Assembly: GCA_038254735.1 (NCBI GenBank)
Contig: JBBSFX010000009.1
Span: 12,831 to 76,830 of the forward strand
Reading direction: 5' to 3'
Source: Solirubrobacterales bacterium
Lineage (GTDB): Bacteria > Actinomycetota > Thermoleophilia > Solirubrobacterales > Solirubrobacteraceae
Length of the DNA stretch: 64,000 nucleotides
Part shown: piece after piece, positions 9,759 to 18,754 of the stretch
Position numbering within the stretch: position 1 is the first letter of the stretch
Layout of the letters: each line of letters opens with the position of its first letter
Program-made: the position numbers and the translations under genes
Notes under the pieces: model-generated
What the model was told of the DNA's origin: nothing
What the model saw: only the letters and a program-made list of their open reading frames with translations
Databases searched by the model: none

Positions 9759-11278
9759 CACGCGACGACGACGGCGTGACCGCCGCGGCGGGGATCGCCC
9801 CCGCCCCAGAAGCGCCCGGTCGCGTCGCGCTGGACCGCCTGCACGCCGCCGAAGAACAGATTCCGATCGCGGAACGGGACTACGCGGCGGCCGGCCGCCC
9901 GCAGCGCCGTCACGTCGATCCCGGGCTCGGCGTAGACGATCTCGTCCTCGTAGTGGAGGCGTGGCGCCCGCACCGCGTCGGCCGCCGGCAGCCCGTCGTC
10001 GAGCACGCGGACGATCGTCTGCAGGATCGCCGAGCGGATCCGGTTCGAGCCGGCGCTGCCGAGCACCAGCTCGGGCACGCCGTCGCGGCGGACCACGGTC
10101 GGGGCCATCATGCTGGGCAGCCGGCGTCCGGGCGGATGGCGGTGGAAGCCGAGGGGGTTGAGGTCCTGCTCGCCGAGCATGTTGTTCAGGTGCACGCCGG
10201 TGCCGGGGACGACCACCCCCGAGCACGAGCCGGCCGAGCACGTTACCGAGCAGGCCAGCGCGGACGCGTCGAGCACGGCGATGTGCGTGGTCGAACCGAG
10301 CCGACCCCCGCCGCAGTCCGTCCCGGGCGCGCCTTCGCCGGCGTCCCCGCGCAGGAACCGCTCGACGAACCCCGGATCGTCGAGGCCGGCGAGGAACTCG
10401 GGCGTACGCTCGCGCTGGGCGCGCTCGATCACCGCCGTGATCTGCTCGGCGTCCGGGGCGCCCGCGCCGGTGTCGGCATCGAGCATCGACAGGCCCAGCG
10501 CGATCAGGATCCCGCCCGCGGACGGCGGCGGGTTGGTCAGCACCTCCCGGCCGCGGTAGCGGGCGCGGATCGGCTCACGATCGATCACGGTGTAGGCGGC
10601 CAGGTCGGCGATGGTCAGCAGGCCGCCACGCTCGCCCAGCCACTCGACGATCGCCCGGCCGATGTCGCCGCCGTAGAACGGCTCGGCGCCCTCGGACCCG
10701 AGGCGCTCGAGCGCGTCGGCGAGCTCGGGCTGGCGGATCACCCCGCCCTCCCCGAGCAGTGTCCCGCCCGGGGCGAACAGCGCCGCGCACTCCGGGGTCG
10801 AGGTGACGATCCCGGCGAGGATCTCGACGATGTAGGCCTGCTGGCGGCTCAGCGGCACGCCGAGCCGGGCGTGCGCCGCCGCGGGCCGGGCGAGCTCGGC
10901 CAGCGGCACCGTCCCGAACCGCTCGGAGGCCGCGCACACCCCCGCGGGGACGCCGTAGCCGCCGACCGAGGCGACGCCGATGTTGAACTCCTGAACGACG
11001 TCGCCAAACGACACCGCGACGGGCAGCAGCTCCGCGTGGGCCTCAGGATCGCGCCCGCGTCCAGGCGCCTCGACGAAGAAGTCGAGCAGCACCGGGTCGC
11101 CGCGCGGCGGGGCGATCAGCATGTACCCGCCGGCGCCCAGGCCGGTGAGCAGCGGCTCGCACGCGAACGAGGTCAGCATCGCCCCAAGCGCCGCGTCGAC
11201 GGCGTTGCCGCCCGTGCGCAGCACCTCCGCCCCGGCATCGGCGCTGAGGGGATGGCCGGCAGCGACCACGCCGAGCAT
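9758..11278 (-). CDS. ggt: gamma-glutamyltransferase family protein
   Basis: GGNAVDAA, GLGAGG, nucleophile motif STTHIAV, LNNML, PSMMAP, GSAGS, DPRRGG. Confidence 0.92.
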   Translation of the reverse strand: MLGVVAAGHPLSADAGAEVLRTGGNAVDAALGAMLTSFACEPLLTGLGAGGYMLIAPPRGDPVLLDFFVEAPGRGRDPEAHAELLPVAVSFGDVVQEFNIGVASVGGYGVPAGVCAASERFGTVPLAELARPAAAHARLGVPLSRQQAYIVEILAGIVTSTPECAALFAPGGTLLGEGGVIRQPELADALERLGSEGAEPFYGGDIGRAIVEWLGERGGLLTIADLAAYTVIDREPIRARYRGREVLTNPPPSAGGILIALGLSMLDADTGAGAPDAEQITAVIERAQRERTPEFLAGLDDPGFVERFLRGDAGEGAPGTDCGGGRLGSTTHIAVLDASALACSVTCSAGSCSGVVVPGTGVHLNNMLGEQDLNPLGFHRHPPGRRLPSMMAPTVVRRDGVPELVLGSAGSNRIRSAILQTIVRVLDDGLPAADAVRAPRLHYEDEIVYAEPGIDVTALRAAGRRVVPFRDRNLFFGGVQAVQRDATGRFWGGGDPRRGGHAVVVA

Positions 11279-11302
11279 CCCGACTCCGGTCGGACGCCGG
11301 TG

Positions 11303-11335
11303 CCGCTAGTGGTCTCCGTTGGCGACCACTAGCGG
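11303..11335. terminator. perfect 12-bp-arm inverted repeat covering the ftsZ stop codon
   Basis: CCGCTAGTGGTC-(9 nt)-GACCACTAGCGG; no U-tract. Confidence 0.4.
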
Positions 11336-12963
11336 CGGGGGATGAACTCGGGCACGTCGAGATCGATCACCGGCTCGCGGCGACGCACGCGGCTGACCCG
11401 CGGCTCGCCGGCCGGCTCACGGTCCGCGCGGGGCTCCCGTCGCTCGCCGTAGCGACCCGCGTCCCCGCGCCGCCCCGAGTCCCCGCCGCGGACCGACTCG
11501 TGCGGGCGTACGGAGCTCAGCACCGGCCGCTCCTCGGTCCGTCGGGGGTGCCCGGCGCCGTAGCCGGTGGCCACGACCGTCACCCACACCTGGTCCTCGA
11601 GGCGCTCGTCGACCATCGCGCCGAAGATGATGTTGGCGTCGGGATGGGCGGCCTCGGCAACAGCCTTGGCCGCCTCGTTGACCTCCCACAGCGAGATGTC
11701 CCGCCCGCCGGTGATCGAGAGCAGGATCGAGTGGGCGCCGTCCATGCTCGTCTCGAGCAGCGGCGAGGCCACCGCCTGCTCGGCCGCCTCGACGGCCCGC
11801 CGGTCGCCGGTGCCCATGCCAATCCCGAGCAGCGCGTTGCCGGCGTTGGACATGATCGTGCGGACGTCGGCGAAGTCGAGGTTGATCAGCCCCGGCAGCG
11901 TCACCAGGTCGGAGATCCCCTGCACGCCCTGGCGCAGCACATCATCGGCGACGCGGAACGCCTCGACCATCGAGGTGTGGCGATCGAGCACGGTCAGCAG
12001 CCGGTTGTTGGGGACGACGATCAGCGTGTCGACCTCCTCGGCCAGGGCGGCGATCCCCACCTCGGCCTGATCACGCCGGCGTGTGCCCTCGAATTGGAAC
12101 GGGCGCGTGATGATCCCGACGGTCAGCGCACCGAGATCTCGGGCGATCTGCGCCACCACGGGGGCGGCGCCGGTGCCGGTGCCGCCGCCGGCGCCGGCGG
12201 CGATGAACACCATGTCCGAGCCGCGCAGCATCGCCTTGATCCGGTCGTGCTCCTCCTTGGCCGCGGCGCGGCCGAGCTCCGGGTTCGAGCCGGAGCCGAG
12301 GCCGCGGGTGATCGCGTCGCCGATGTGGAGGGTCTCGGGCGCGGCCGACTGCTGCAGCGACTGCAGGTCCGTGTTGATGGCGATGAACTCGACGCCCTCG
12401 ATCTCGGCCTCGATCATCCGGTTGACCGCGTTGACGCCGGCCCCGCCGACGCCGACCACGCGCAGCACCGGGGTCCCGACGGGCCGCGGCGGGGGAAACG
12501 CCTCGCCGGCCCGCTCCGAGCGGGCGTAGACGTCGGGCTCGGGCCGCGCGTACACGTCGGGCGCGGGGGCCTCGGGGGGCAGCGCGGGCTCGGAAGCGAG
12601 CGCGGGCTCGGAAGCGAGCGCGGGCTCGGGGGCAAGCGGCGGCTCGGGCGCCCGCTCGGGCTCCGGCGCCGGACGCTCCATCAGGCTCTCGGGGATGTCG
12701 GACGAGAACACCTGGCGCAGGCGCTCCTGCGGCGACGGGATCGCCGGCGGCTCGGCCGCGGCGTCCCCCGGCGCCCGCCTCTCGGCGTGGGCCGACGGCG
12801 ACGGCGACGGCGACGGGTGCGGACGGGACGGGCGCCCCTCGGGGGCGGTGTCCTGCGTCGGCGGCGCCGCGGCCTGCTCGGCGGCCGCCGCGTCCTCGGT
12901 CGTCTTGCGGAACAGGGCGGCCAGCGGTCCCTCACGCATGCTCGCCCGCTTAGCGTTTGGCAT
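11329..12963 (-). CDS. ftsZ: cell division protein FtsZ with ~165-aa N-terminal extension
   Basis: GVGGAGVNAVNRM, GAGGGTGTG, INLDFADV (T7), C-terminal DVPEFIP; ATG 12963 has AAGGAGGT SD embedded in the parA 3' end. Confidence 0.95.
   Translation of the reverse strand: MPNAKRASMREGPLAALFRKTTEDAAAAEQAAAPPTQDTAPEGRPSRPHPSPSPSPSAHAERRAPGDAAAEPPAIPSPQERLRQVFSSDIPESLMERPAPEPERAPEPPLAPEPALASEPALASEPALPPEAPAPDVYARPEPDVYARSERAGEAFPPPRPVGTPVLRVVGVGGAGVNAVNRMIEAEIEGVEFIAINTDLQSLQQSAAPETLHIGDAITRGLGSGSNPELGRAAAKEEHDRIKAMLRGSDMVFIAAGAGGGTGTGAAPVVAQIARDLGALTVGIITRPFQFEGTRRRDQAEVGIAALAEEVDTLIVVPNNRLLTVLDRHTSMVEAFRVADDVLRQGVQGISDLVTLPGLINLDFADVRTIMSNAGNALLGIGMGTGDRRAVEAAEQAVASPLLETSMDGAHSILLSITGGRDISLWEVNEAAKAVAEAAHPDANIIFGAMVDERLEDQVWVTVVATGYGAGHPRRTEERPVLSSVRPHESVRGGDSGRRGDAGRYGERREPRADREPAGEPRVSRVRRREPVIDLDVPEFIPRR
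12583..12630. repeat. 18-bp in-frame tandem repeat (PALASE) in FtsZ extension
   Basis: gcgggctcggaagcgagc twice plus a partial copy; protein EPALASEPALASEPAL. Confidence 0.85.
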
Positions 12964-13717
12964 TCGACAAGACCTCCTTCGCAAGCTGCCGGTAGGCGTG
13001 TGCGGCTAGACCGTCAGGATCGTACTTCAGCACCGACATGCCCTTGACCGGCGCTTCGGCGAAACGAACCGTCTTGCGGATCCGCGAGGCGAACACGCGG
13101 TCTCCGAAATTCTCCTCCAGCAGCTCGATCGCCTCCTTGGCGTGCAGCGTCCGTGAATCGACCAGCGTCGGCAGGATCCCCTCGATGTCCACGTTGGGGT
13201 TGAGGTTCTCGCGAATCATCGCCAGCGTGTTCTGCAGCTGGACCAGGCCGCGCATCGACAGATATTCGCACTGGACGGGGACGATCACCTTGTGCGCGGC
13301 CGTCAGCGCGTTGATCGTGAGCAGGCCGAGGCTCGGCGGCGTGTCGATGAAGACGAAGTCGTACTCCTCCTCGACCCCGCGCAGGGCCTTCTCCAGCGAG
13401 CGCTCGCGGCCGATCTGCGTCGACATCGCGATCTCGGCGCCGGCGAGATCGATCGAGGCGCAGGCCACGTCGATCTCGCGGGTCTGGATCACGTCGCCGA
13501 TCGGGATGTGGTGGACCAACACGTCGTACATCGACTTCTGCAGGGTGTCGGGGTCGATCCCCTGCGACATGGTCAGGTTGCCCTGGGGGTCCATGTCGCA
13601 GCACAGCACGCGATGACCCTCCTCGGCGAAGGCGACCGCGAGGTTCAGCGTGGTCGTAGTCTTGGCGACGCCACCCTTCTGGTTGGCGAACGCGATCACC
13701 TTGGCGGTGGCCGTCAC
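12950..13717 (-). CDS. parA: ParA/Soj family ATPase (no parB adjacent)
   Basis: deviant Walker A KGGVAKTT, DMDPQGN, DTPPSLG, DSRT, VRFAEAP; GGAG SD before GTG 13717. Confidence 0.93.
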   Translation of the reverse strand: MTATAKVIAFANQKGGVAKTTTTLNLAVAFAEEGHRVLCCDMDPQGNLTMSQGIDPDTLQKSMYDVLVHHIPIGDVIQTREIDVACASIDLAGAEIAMSTQIGRERSLEKALRGVEEEYDFVFIDTPPSLGLLTINALTAAHKVIVPVQCEYLSMRGLVQLQNTLAMIRENLNPNVDIEGILPTLVDSRTLHAKEAIELLEENFGDRVFASRIRKTVRFAEAPVKGMSVLKYDPDGLAAHAYRQLAKEVLSNAKR

Positions 13718-13824
13718 GGGTGGCTCCGGAGGGTCGAGGAACACATACGCGCCTGTATTCGTACGGATCGCCCGGATTCCTTTGCCGATGGCCGGTTTCC
13801 GGGGACCCGGTATGTTCCGCCCCC

Positions 13825-14772
13825 GTGCCAGGACTGCTGGATCACCGGCTGCTGTTCGTGACGGGCAAGGGTGGCGTCGGCAAGTCGACCGTGGCCACGG
13901 CGATCGGGCTGCTGGCCGCGCAGCGCGGGCTGCGCACGATCGTCGCCGAGCTGTCCGGGCAGGTGCAGATCCAGCACGCCCTCGGCCATCGCGGGGAGCG
14001 CTTCGAGGAGGTCGAGCTGGCGCCCGGCCTGTTCACGATCTCGATCGACCCCCAGCATGCGATGGAGGAGTACCTGCGCGTCAAGGCCGGCGTGCTCGGC
14101 GCTGCGCTCGGCCACAGCCGCCTGTTCGGGATCTTCGCGATGGCCACCCCGGGGATGCGCGAGCTGCTCAGCGTCGGCAAGGTGTGGGAGCTCTCGCAGG
14201 AGCGCCGGCGCTCGGAGGGCGGCGCCGCCTACGACCTGGTGATCGTCGACGCCCCAGCCACCGGGCACGGGGTCGGCTTGCTGCGCACGCCGCGGACGTT
14301 CGCCGAGATCGCCCGCGTCGGGCCGATCGCCGCCCAGGGCGCCACGATCGCCGCGACGATCGCCGACCGCGACTTCACCGGCGTGATCGCCGTGTGCACG
14401 GCCGAGGAGATGCCGGTCAATGAGACGCTCGAGCTCGAGGCGGAGCTGCATAGCGACGGGCTCGCTCTCGACGCGGTGGTCCTCAACGCGGCCTATCCGC
14501 GCCGGTTCGACGCCGACGAGGCGGCGGCGCTGGCGGCGGCTTCGTCGGACGCCGAGACGGTGGCGGTGCGCGGAGCGCTCCACGCGGCGCTGTCCGAGCA
14601 CGCCCGGGCGCAGACCCAGTCGGCGCAACGGGTGCGGCTCCGGTCGGGGCTCCGGGCGCCGGTGCTGGAGCTCTCGTACCTGTTCTGTGAGGAGGTCCGC
14701 CGGGGCGAGCTCGAGACGCTGGCCGACGAGCTCGACCTCGCGCTCGCAGGCCTCGGGGGAGCCTTCGCGTGA
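13825..14772 (+). CDS. ArsA/Get3-like ATPase (Rv3679-like)
   Basis: VTGKGGVGKS, PGMRELLSVGK, DAPATGH, EEMPVNET; TATGTT 8 nt before GTG. Confidence 0.88.
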   Translation: MPGLLDHRLLFVTGKGGVGKSTVATAIGLLAAQRGLRTIVAELSGQVQIQHALGHRGERFEEVELAPGLFTISIDPQHAMEEYLRVKAGVLGAALGHSRLFGIFAMATPGMRELLSVGKVWELSQERRRSEGGAAYDLVIVDAPATGHGVGLLRTPRTFAEIARVGPIAAQGATIAATIADRDFTGVIAVCTAEEMPVNETLELEAELHSDGLALDAVVLNAAYPRRFDADEAAALAAASSDAETVAVRGALHAALSEHARAQTQSAQRVRLRSGLRAPVLELSYLFCEEVRRGELETLADELDLALAGLGGAFA

Positions 14773-15920
14773 GCATCGCCAAGCTGCTCGAGGGCAAGCG
14801 CGTGTGCGTGTGCGCCGGCTCCGGCGGGGTGGGCAAGACGACCAGCGCGGCGGCGATCGCGCTGGGAATGGCGGCCCAGGGGGCGCGCGTCGCCGTGGTG
14901 ACGATCGACCCCGCGCGCCGGCTCGCCAACGCCCTCGGGCTGGAGGCGCTCCAGAACGAGCCGCGGCGGGTCGGGCCCGAGCGCCTGGCCGCCGCCGGGC
15001 GCGAGGTGCGCGGGGAGCTGTGGGCGATGATGCTCGACCCCAAGCGCACGTTCGACGAGCTGATCGAGCGGGTCGCCCCGGACCCCGCGCGCGCCGAGGA
15101 GATCAAGGCCAACCGGGTCTACCGCGAGCTGTCGAGCGCCGTCTCGGGCTCCCAGGAGTTCACGGCGATCGCCAAGCTCTACGACCTCCAGCGCGATGGC
15201 GGCTTCGACCTGCTGGTGCTCGACACGCCGCCGTCGCGCAACGCGCTCGACTTCCTCGATGCCCCCGGCCGGCTCACCTCGTTCCTGGAGGGCCGGGCGC
15301 TGAAGACGCTGCTGCGGCCGACAGGCCTGGGCATCGGTGTGCGGGTGCTCGGCCGCGGCGCCTCGCCGCTGTTCGGGGTGCTGCGCCGGATCACCGGGGT
15401 CGACCTGCTGTCGGACCTGTCGAGCTTCTTCGGGCTGCTCGGTGACATGACCGAGGACTTCAGCGAGCGCGCCGCCGCCGTCGAGGCGATGCTCAAAGCC
15501 CCCAGCACGGCGTTCCTGATCGTCACCTCGGCGCTCAGCCCCTCGATCGACGAGGCGATCTGGTTCCGCCGCACGCTCGGCGAGAGCGGGCTGCCGTTCG
15601 CCGGGGCGATCGTCAACCGCGTGCACCACGACCTCCTCGACGGGGGCGAGCCCGATGGCCTGGCCGGCCCCCTGGCCGACGCGCTCGGTCCCTCGCTCGG
15701 CGCCCGGGTGGTCCAGAACCTCCGCGACTATCACCTGCTGGCGCGTCGCGACGGGCGCAACATCGCCCGTCTGCAGCGGGCGCTCGGCCCCGGCCCATTG
15801 ATCCAGGTACCGCACTTCGACGACGATGTCCACGACATCGAGGGTCTGCTGGCCGTCGAGCGCTACCTGTTCGCCTCGGCGGCTGAGCGTGCCGCGATGC
15901 TCGCCTCAGTCGTCTCTTGA
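14769..15920 (+). CDS. ArsA/Get3-like ATPase (Rv3680-like)
   Basis: GSGGVGKTT, TIDPARRLA, DTPPSRNALDFLDAP; GTGA overlap with upstream paralog. Confidence 0.9.
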   Translation: MSIAKLLEGKRVCVCAGSGGVGKTTSAAAIALGMAAQGARVAVVTIDPARRLANALGLEALQNEPRRVGPERLAAAGREVRGELWAMMLDPKRTFDELIERVAPDPARAEEIKANRVYRELSSAVSGSQEFTAIAKLYDLQRDGGFDLLVLDTPPSRNALDFLDAPGRLTSFLEGRALKTLLRPTGLGIGVRVLGRGASPLFGVLRRITGVDLLSDLSSFFGLLGDMTEDFSERAAAVEAMLKAPSTAFLIVTSALSPSIDEAIWFRRTLGESGLPFAGAIVNRVHHDLLDGGEPDGLAGPLADALGPSLGARVVQNLRDYHLLARRDGRNIARLQRALGPGPLIQVPHFDDDVHDIEGLLAVERYLFASAAERAAMLASVVS

Positions 15921-16493
15921 GTCGCGCCCCGAGATCGACGCCTCGCCTGACCAGCTCCTCCACGCCAGCACGATCGGCTGCCAGCCCTCGCAGGCCACGG
16001 CGTCGCCGTCGCTCGGCGCATGGAGCTCCACGCGCCCGTGGTGCAGCAGCTCCCACACCGCCCGCTCGGCCAGCGCGAGCTGCTCGCTGACCCGCGAGTG
16101 CGGATGGCGCGCGCCGGCCAGGGCGGCGACCTCGCGCAACGGCAGGCGCCGGCCGGCGCAGGCGGCGAGCACGGCGGCCTTGAACTCCTCCAGCAGCACG
16201 TCCTGCGCGCTCGGCGCGGCCACGGCCCGGACCTCGGCGAGCAGCCGCTCGGTGATGTCCTCGCCGGCGCGGGCGGCATTGGCCCAGCCGCGGCCCATCC
16301 CGATCTCGTCGGTGCGCAGCTCGGGGCCCTCGATCACCTTCAGCTTGGCCTTCTCGGGCAGGTAGCCGCGCCCGTCGAGCTCGATCGACTCGCCGGCCAG
16401 CCACGGGACGAGGATCCGCGTGTCGAGCTGCTCGCGGGTCAGGTTGAAGCGCCTGACGCTGCTCGGGAACTGCCTGAGCTCGACGTGGAACAC
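15906..16493 (-). CDS. hypothetical protein (unknown N-terminal domain plus possible winged helix)
   Basis: High-GC3 ORF with ordinary composition; C-terminal LPLREVAALAG...AVWELLHHGRVEL looks wHTH-like. Confidence 0.7.
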   Translation of the reverse strand: MFHVELRQFPSSVRRFNLTREQLDTRILVPWLAGESIELDGRGYLPEKAKLKVIEGPELRTDEIGMGRGWANAARAGEDITERLLAEVRAVAAPSAQDVLLEEFKAAVLAACAGRRLPLREVAALAGARHPHSRVSEQLALAERAVWELLHHGRVELHAPSDGDAVACEGWQPIVLAWRSWSGEASISGRDSRDD

Positions 16494-16499
16494 CCGGGG

Positions 16500-16736
16500 T
16501 CAGTTGAGGCGGCCGCGGGCCACCGCCAGGCACGCCTCGCACCGAGGCCACGGCGGGTCCCACGGATAGCCGCTGACGTCGCGGCCGCACAGCGCGGTGT
16601 CGGGATCCTCGTCGGTGACGAGGTGGCACAGCTCCTCGAACCCGTCGGCGTTGCGGCCGGGGACGTTGAGGCAGCGCGGATCGACGTTCGGCGTCCGGAC
16701 CCGTTCGGCGCTCTCACTTCGCACACCCCGGAGCAT
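16500..16736 (-). CDS. small putative Zn-binding protein
   Basis: C...CHLV...TALCG...PRCEAC ligand pattern in 78 aa. Confidence 0.65.
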   Translation of the reverse strand: MLRGVRSESAERVRTPNVDPRCLNVPGRNADGFEELCHLVTDEDPDTALCGRDVSGYPWDPPWPRCEACLAVARGRLN

Positions 16737-16753
16737 AGCCCCGGACGCCGTAC

Positions 16754-16801
16754 GAGCGGGTCCGCCAGGACCCGCTCATACTCCGCCGAGATTTGCTGGC
16801 G
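16754..16801. repeat. C-GCCA-G loop palindrome plus truncated second copy
   Basis: GAGCGGGTCC-GCCA-GGACCCGCTC (16754-16777); GAGATTTGCTGGCG (16788-16801) is the exact reverse complement of 25809-25822. Confidence 0.85.
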
Positions 16802-16849
16802 TGGCCACACGAGGTGGCCCGATCGCGAGTGCCCGCCACCGGAAATAAC

Positions 16850-18121
16850 TTAGCCGACCCCGGCCACCGCATCCTGGAGCAGCCCGTCGGCGACGGCGCG
16901 CAGATCGACGTCGAGATGCCCACAGAGGACGTCGCGCAGCAGCGTCCGCAGGTGCTCGGCGAGCTCGTCGACCAGCCCGTCGGCGCCGGGGCCGGCCGGG
17001 GCGAGGCCGGCGATCACCGCGCGCTCGAGCGAGATCGCGTGCGCTACGCGCTCGGCCAGCGCGGCCCGGTGCTCCGGTGGGGCGCAGATCACCGCAAGCC
17101 GTTGGGCCAGGCGCCCGCTGGCCGGGCCCTCCGGCTCGAGCAGCGCCCGCAGGGCCAGGAGGTGGTCGGTCAGCGACTCGAAGGGAACGATCCGATCGCA
17201 GCCGAGCTCGTAGCGGCTGAGTGCCCACGCGACCTCGCCGCCGCTCGGGATGCGGCGGGCGATCAGGTTGCAGAACGCCCGCAGCTCATCCTCCTGCGCG
17301 ACCGGGATCAGCGTCACGAAGCGCGGGCGACCGGTGGCGCCGAAGGCGACCGGCCGCCACGAGCCGGCGTCCGCCCGCGACCACAGCATCGGGCCGAGCG
17401 CATAGCCGCCGCGCTCGAACAGCCGGATCGCCGTCAGCACCCGGCGAAAGCGGCCTCGAGCCTGCGAGATCGGCGGATGCGCCGCGCGCTCGTGGCTGGT
17501 CCTGAGCACCAGCAGCACATACGGCTGCTCGGTGCGGGGGTCGCCGGTTCCGGTCCCCCACACCGCCTCGGCCGGGGCGTCGGCGATCGCGTCACCGGGA
17601 ACCAGCGACAGGCCCTCGCCGAGCGGCAGCTCGCGCGTGCCCGGATCGAGCCCGATGCCGAGCAGCGGCGCGATCACGGTGGTCACGCAGCGGCCGTCGT
17701 AGAGCGCGTGCTCGAGCTCGTCGTAGGCGGCGGCGAAGCGCGCATCGTCGAGGCCGAACTCGCTGCGCTCCTCGAACACGCGCGCGAGGAAGCACCGCAG
17801 CACCGCGTCGGCTCGCTCCCGCGCCGCGGACGGGATCCGCTGTTCGCCACGCCGGCGTAGATAGGTTTCGGCGCCCTCGAGCTCGGCCAGCGCGCGGGAC
17901 ACCGCCGTATGACTCGGCAGCGCCGAGAGCACGCCGAGCCGCTCGCGGATGAACGAGCCGGTCAGCGGGCGGTAGCAGTACAGCGGGACGCGGCCGCGGC
18001 TGCCGTCGGTCTCGACGATCTCGAACGGGATCTCGACGCCACGCGCGGTCTCCGCGGTCAACTGCATCGACGAGTCGGCGGTGAACTCGAGCAGGCCCGC
18101 GTGCAGGGTGGCGTTGCGCAC
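16850..18121 (-). CDS. hypothetical protein with C-terminal HEPN-like (Apea-type) domain lacking the catalytic His
   Basis: ALSRYELG..FESLTDHLLALRALLE..RLAQRLAVI..R..ERAVIAG follows the HEPN pattern as I recall it. Confidence 0.65.
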   Translation of the reverse strand: MRNATLHAGLLEFTADSSMQLTAETARGVEIPFEIVETDGSRGRVPLYCYRPLTGSFIRERLGVLSALPSHTAVSRALAELEGAETYLRRRGEQRIPSAARERADAVLRCFLARVFEERSEFGLDDARFAAAYDELEHALYDGRCVTTVIAPLLGIGLDPGTRELPLGEGLSLVPGDAIADAPAEAVWGTGTGDPRTEQPYVLLVLRTSHERAAHPPISQARGRFRRVLTAIRLFERGGYALGPMLWSRADAGSWRPVAFGATGRPRFVTLIPVAQEDELRAFCNLIARRIPSGGEVAWALSRYELGCDRIVPFESLTDHLLALRALLEPEGPASGRLAQRLAVICAPPEHRAALAERVAHAISLERAVIAGLAPAGPGADGLVDELAEHLRTLLRDVLCGHLDVDLRAVADGLLQDAVAGVG

Positions 18122-18166
18122 GCTCGGAGGTTCTGCGCAGCCCGCGGCGATCCTGCCCCGCGGGCG

Positions 18167-18196
18167 GCGCGGTTGCGCGGTTGCGCGGTTGCGCGG
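18167..18196. repeat. 8-bp microsatellite (GCGCGGTT) x3.75, intergenic
   Basis: direct reading. Confidence 0.85.
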
Positions 18197-18287
18197 CGGG
18201 ACGCCCGGCGGCTAGCGGGCGGGCTGGACTCGGCGGCGACGCCGGTGAGCTCGTTCGCGGCGACCGCGATCCGCATCGCGCGACGGG

Positions 18288-18662
18288 TCAGGCGGCGGCG
18301 GCGGCGGGCGTCCGAGCCGCCGACTCGGCGCCGCAGGCGTCCCCGCCGGCCAGCCAGCGCCGGCCGTAGGTGCGCATGTCCTCGATCAGCGGGACCAGCG
18401 CCCGGCCCTTCTCGGTCAGCGCGTACTCGACCCGCGGCGGAACCTCCGGGAACGTCTGCCGGGCGACGACCCCCTCCTCCTCCAGCGCCCGCAGCCGCAG
18501 CGACAGCGTGCGCGGGCTGATGCCCTGGAGGGAGCGTTCGAGTTCGCAGAAGCGCGAGCGTCCGTCGGCGAGGTCGCGGATCAGCAGCAGCGTCCACTTG
18601 CCGCACACGATCTCCGCCGTGCGGCAGACGGGGCACGTGTCCTTGGCATCCAATCGATCCAT
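18288..18662 (-). CDS. HxlR family winged-helix transcriptional regulator
   Basis: CPV..GKWTLLLIRDL..RF.EL..GISPRTLS.RLR.LE..PPRVEYALTEKG. Confidence 0.93.
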   Translation of the reverse strand: MDRLDAKDTCPVCRTAEIVCGKWTLLLIRDLADGRSRFCELERSLQGISPRTLSLRLRALEEEGVVARQTFPEVPPRVEYALTEKGRALVPLIEDMRTYGRRWLAGGDACGAESAARTPAAAAA

Positions 18663-18754
18663 CTCAGAAGCCGAGTCTAGCGCAATGCTTCACCAACTGA
18701 AGCGGTGCCCTTCGGCCACTGGAGGATTTCGCAGCGGGAGATCTCTCCGGCTCG

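Noticed and set aside
16850-18121. Active HEPN toxin or abortive-infection system
   Set aside because: The catalytic His is absent, there is no MNT antitoxin or other defence gene, and composition does not suggest an island.
18681-18703. GCTTCA-CCAAC-TGAAGC palindrome as an HxlR operator
   Set aside because: Single short instance that cannot be distinguished from chance without homolog comparison.
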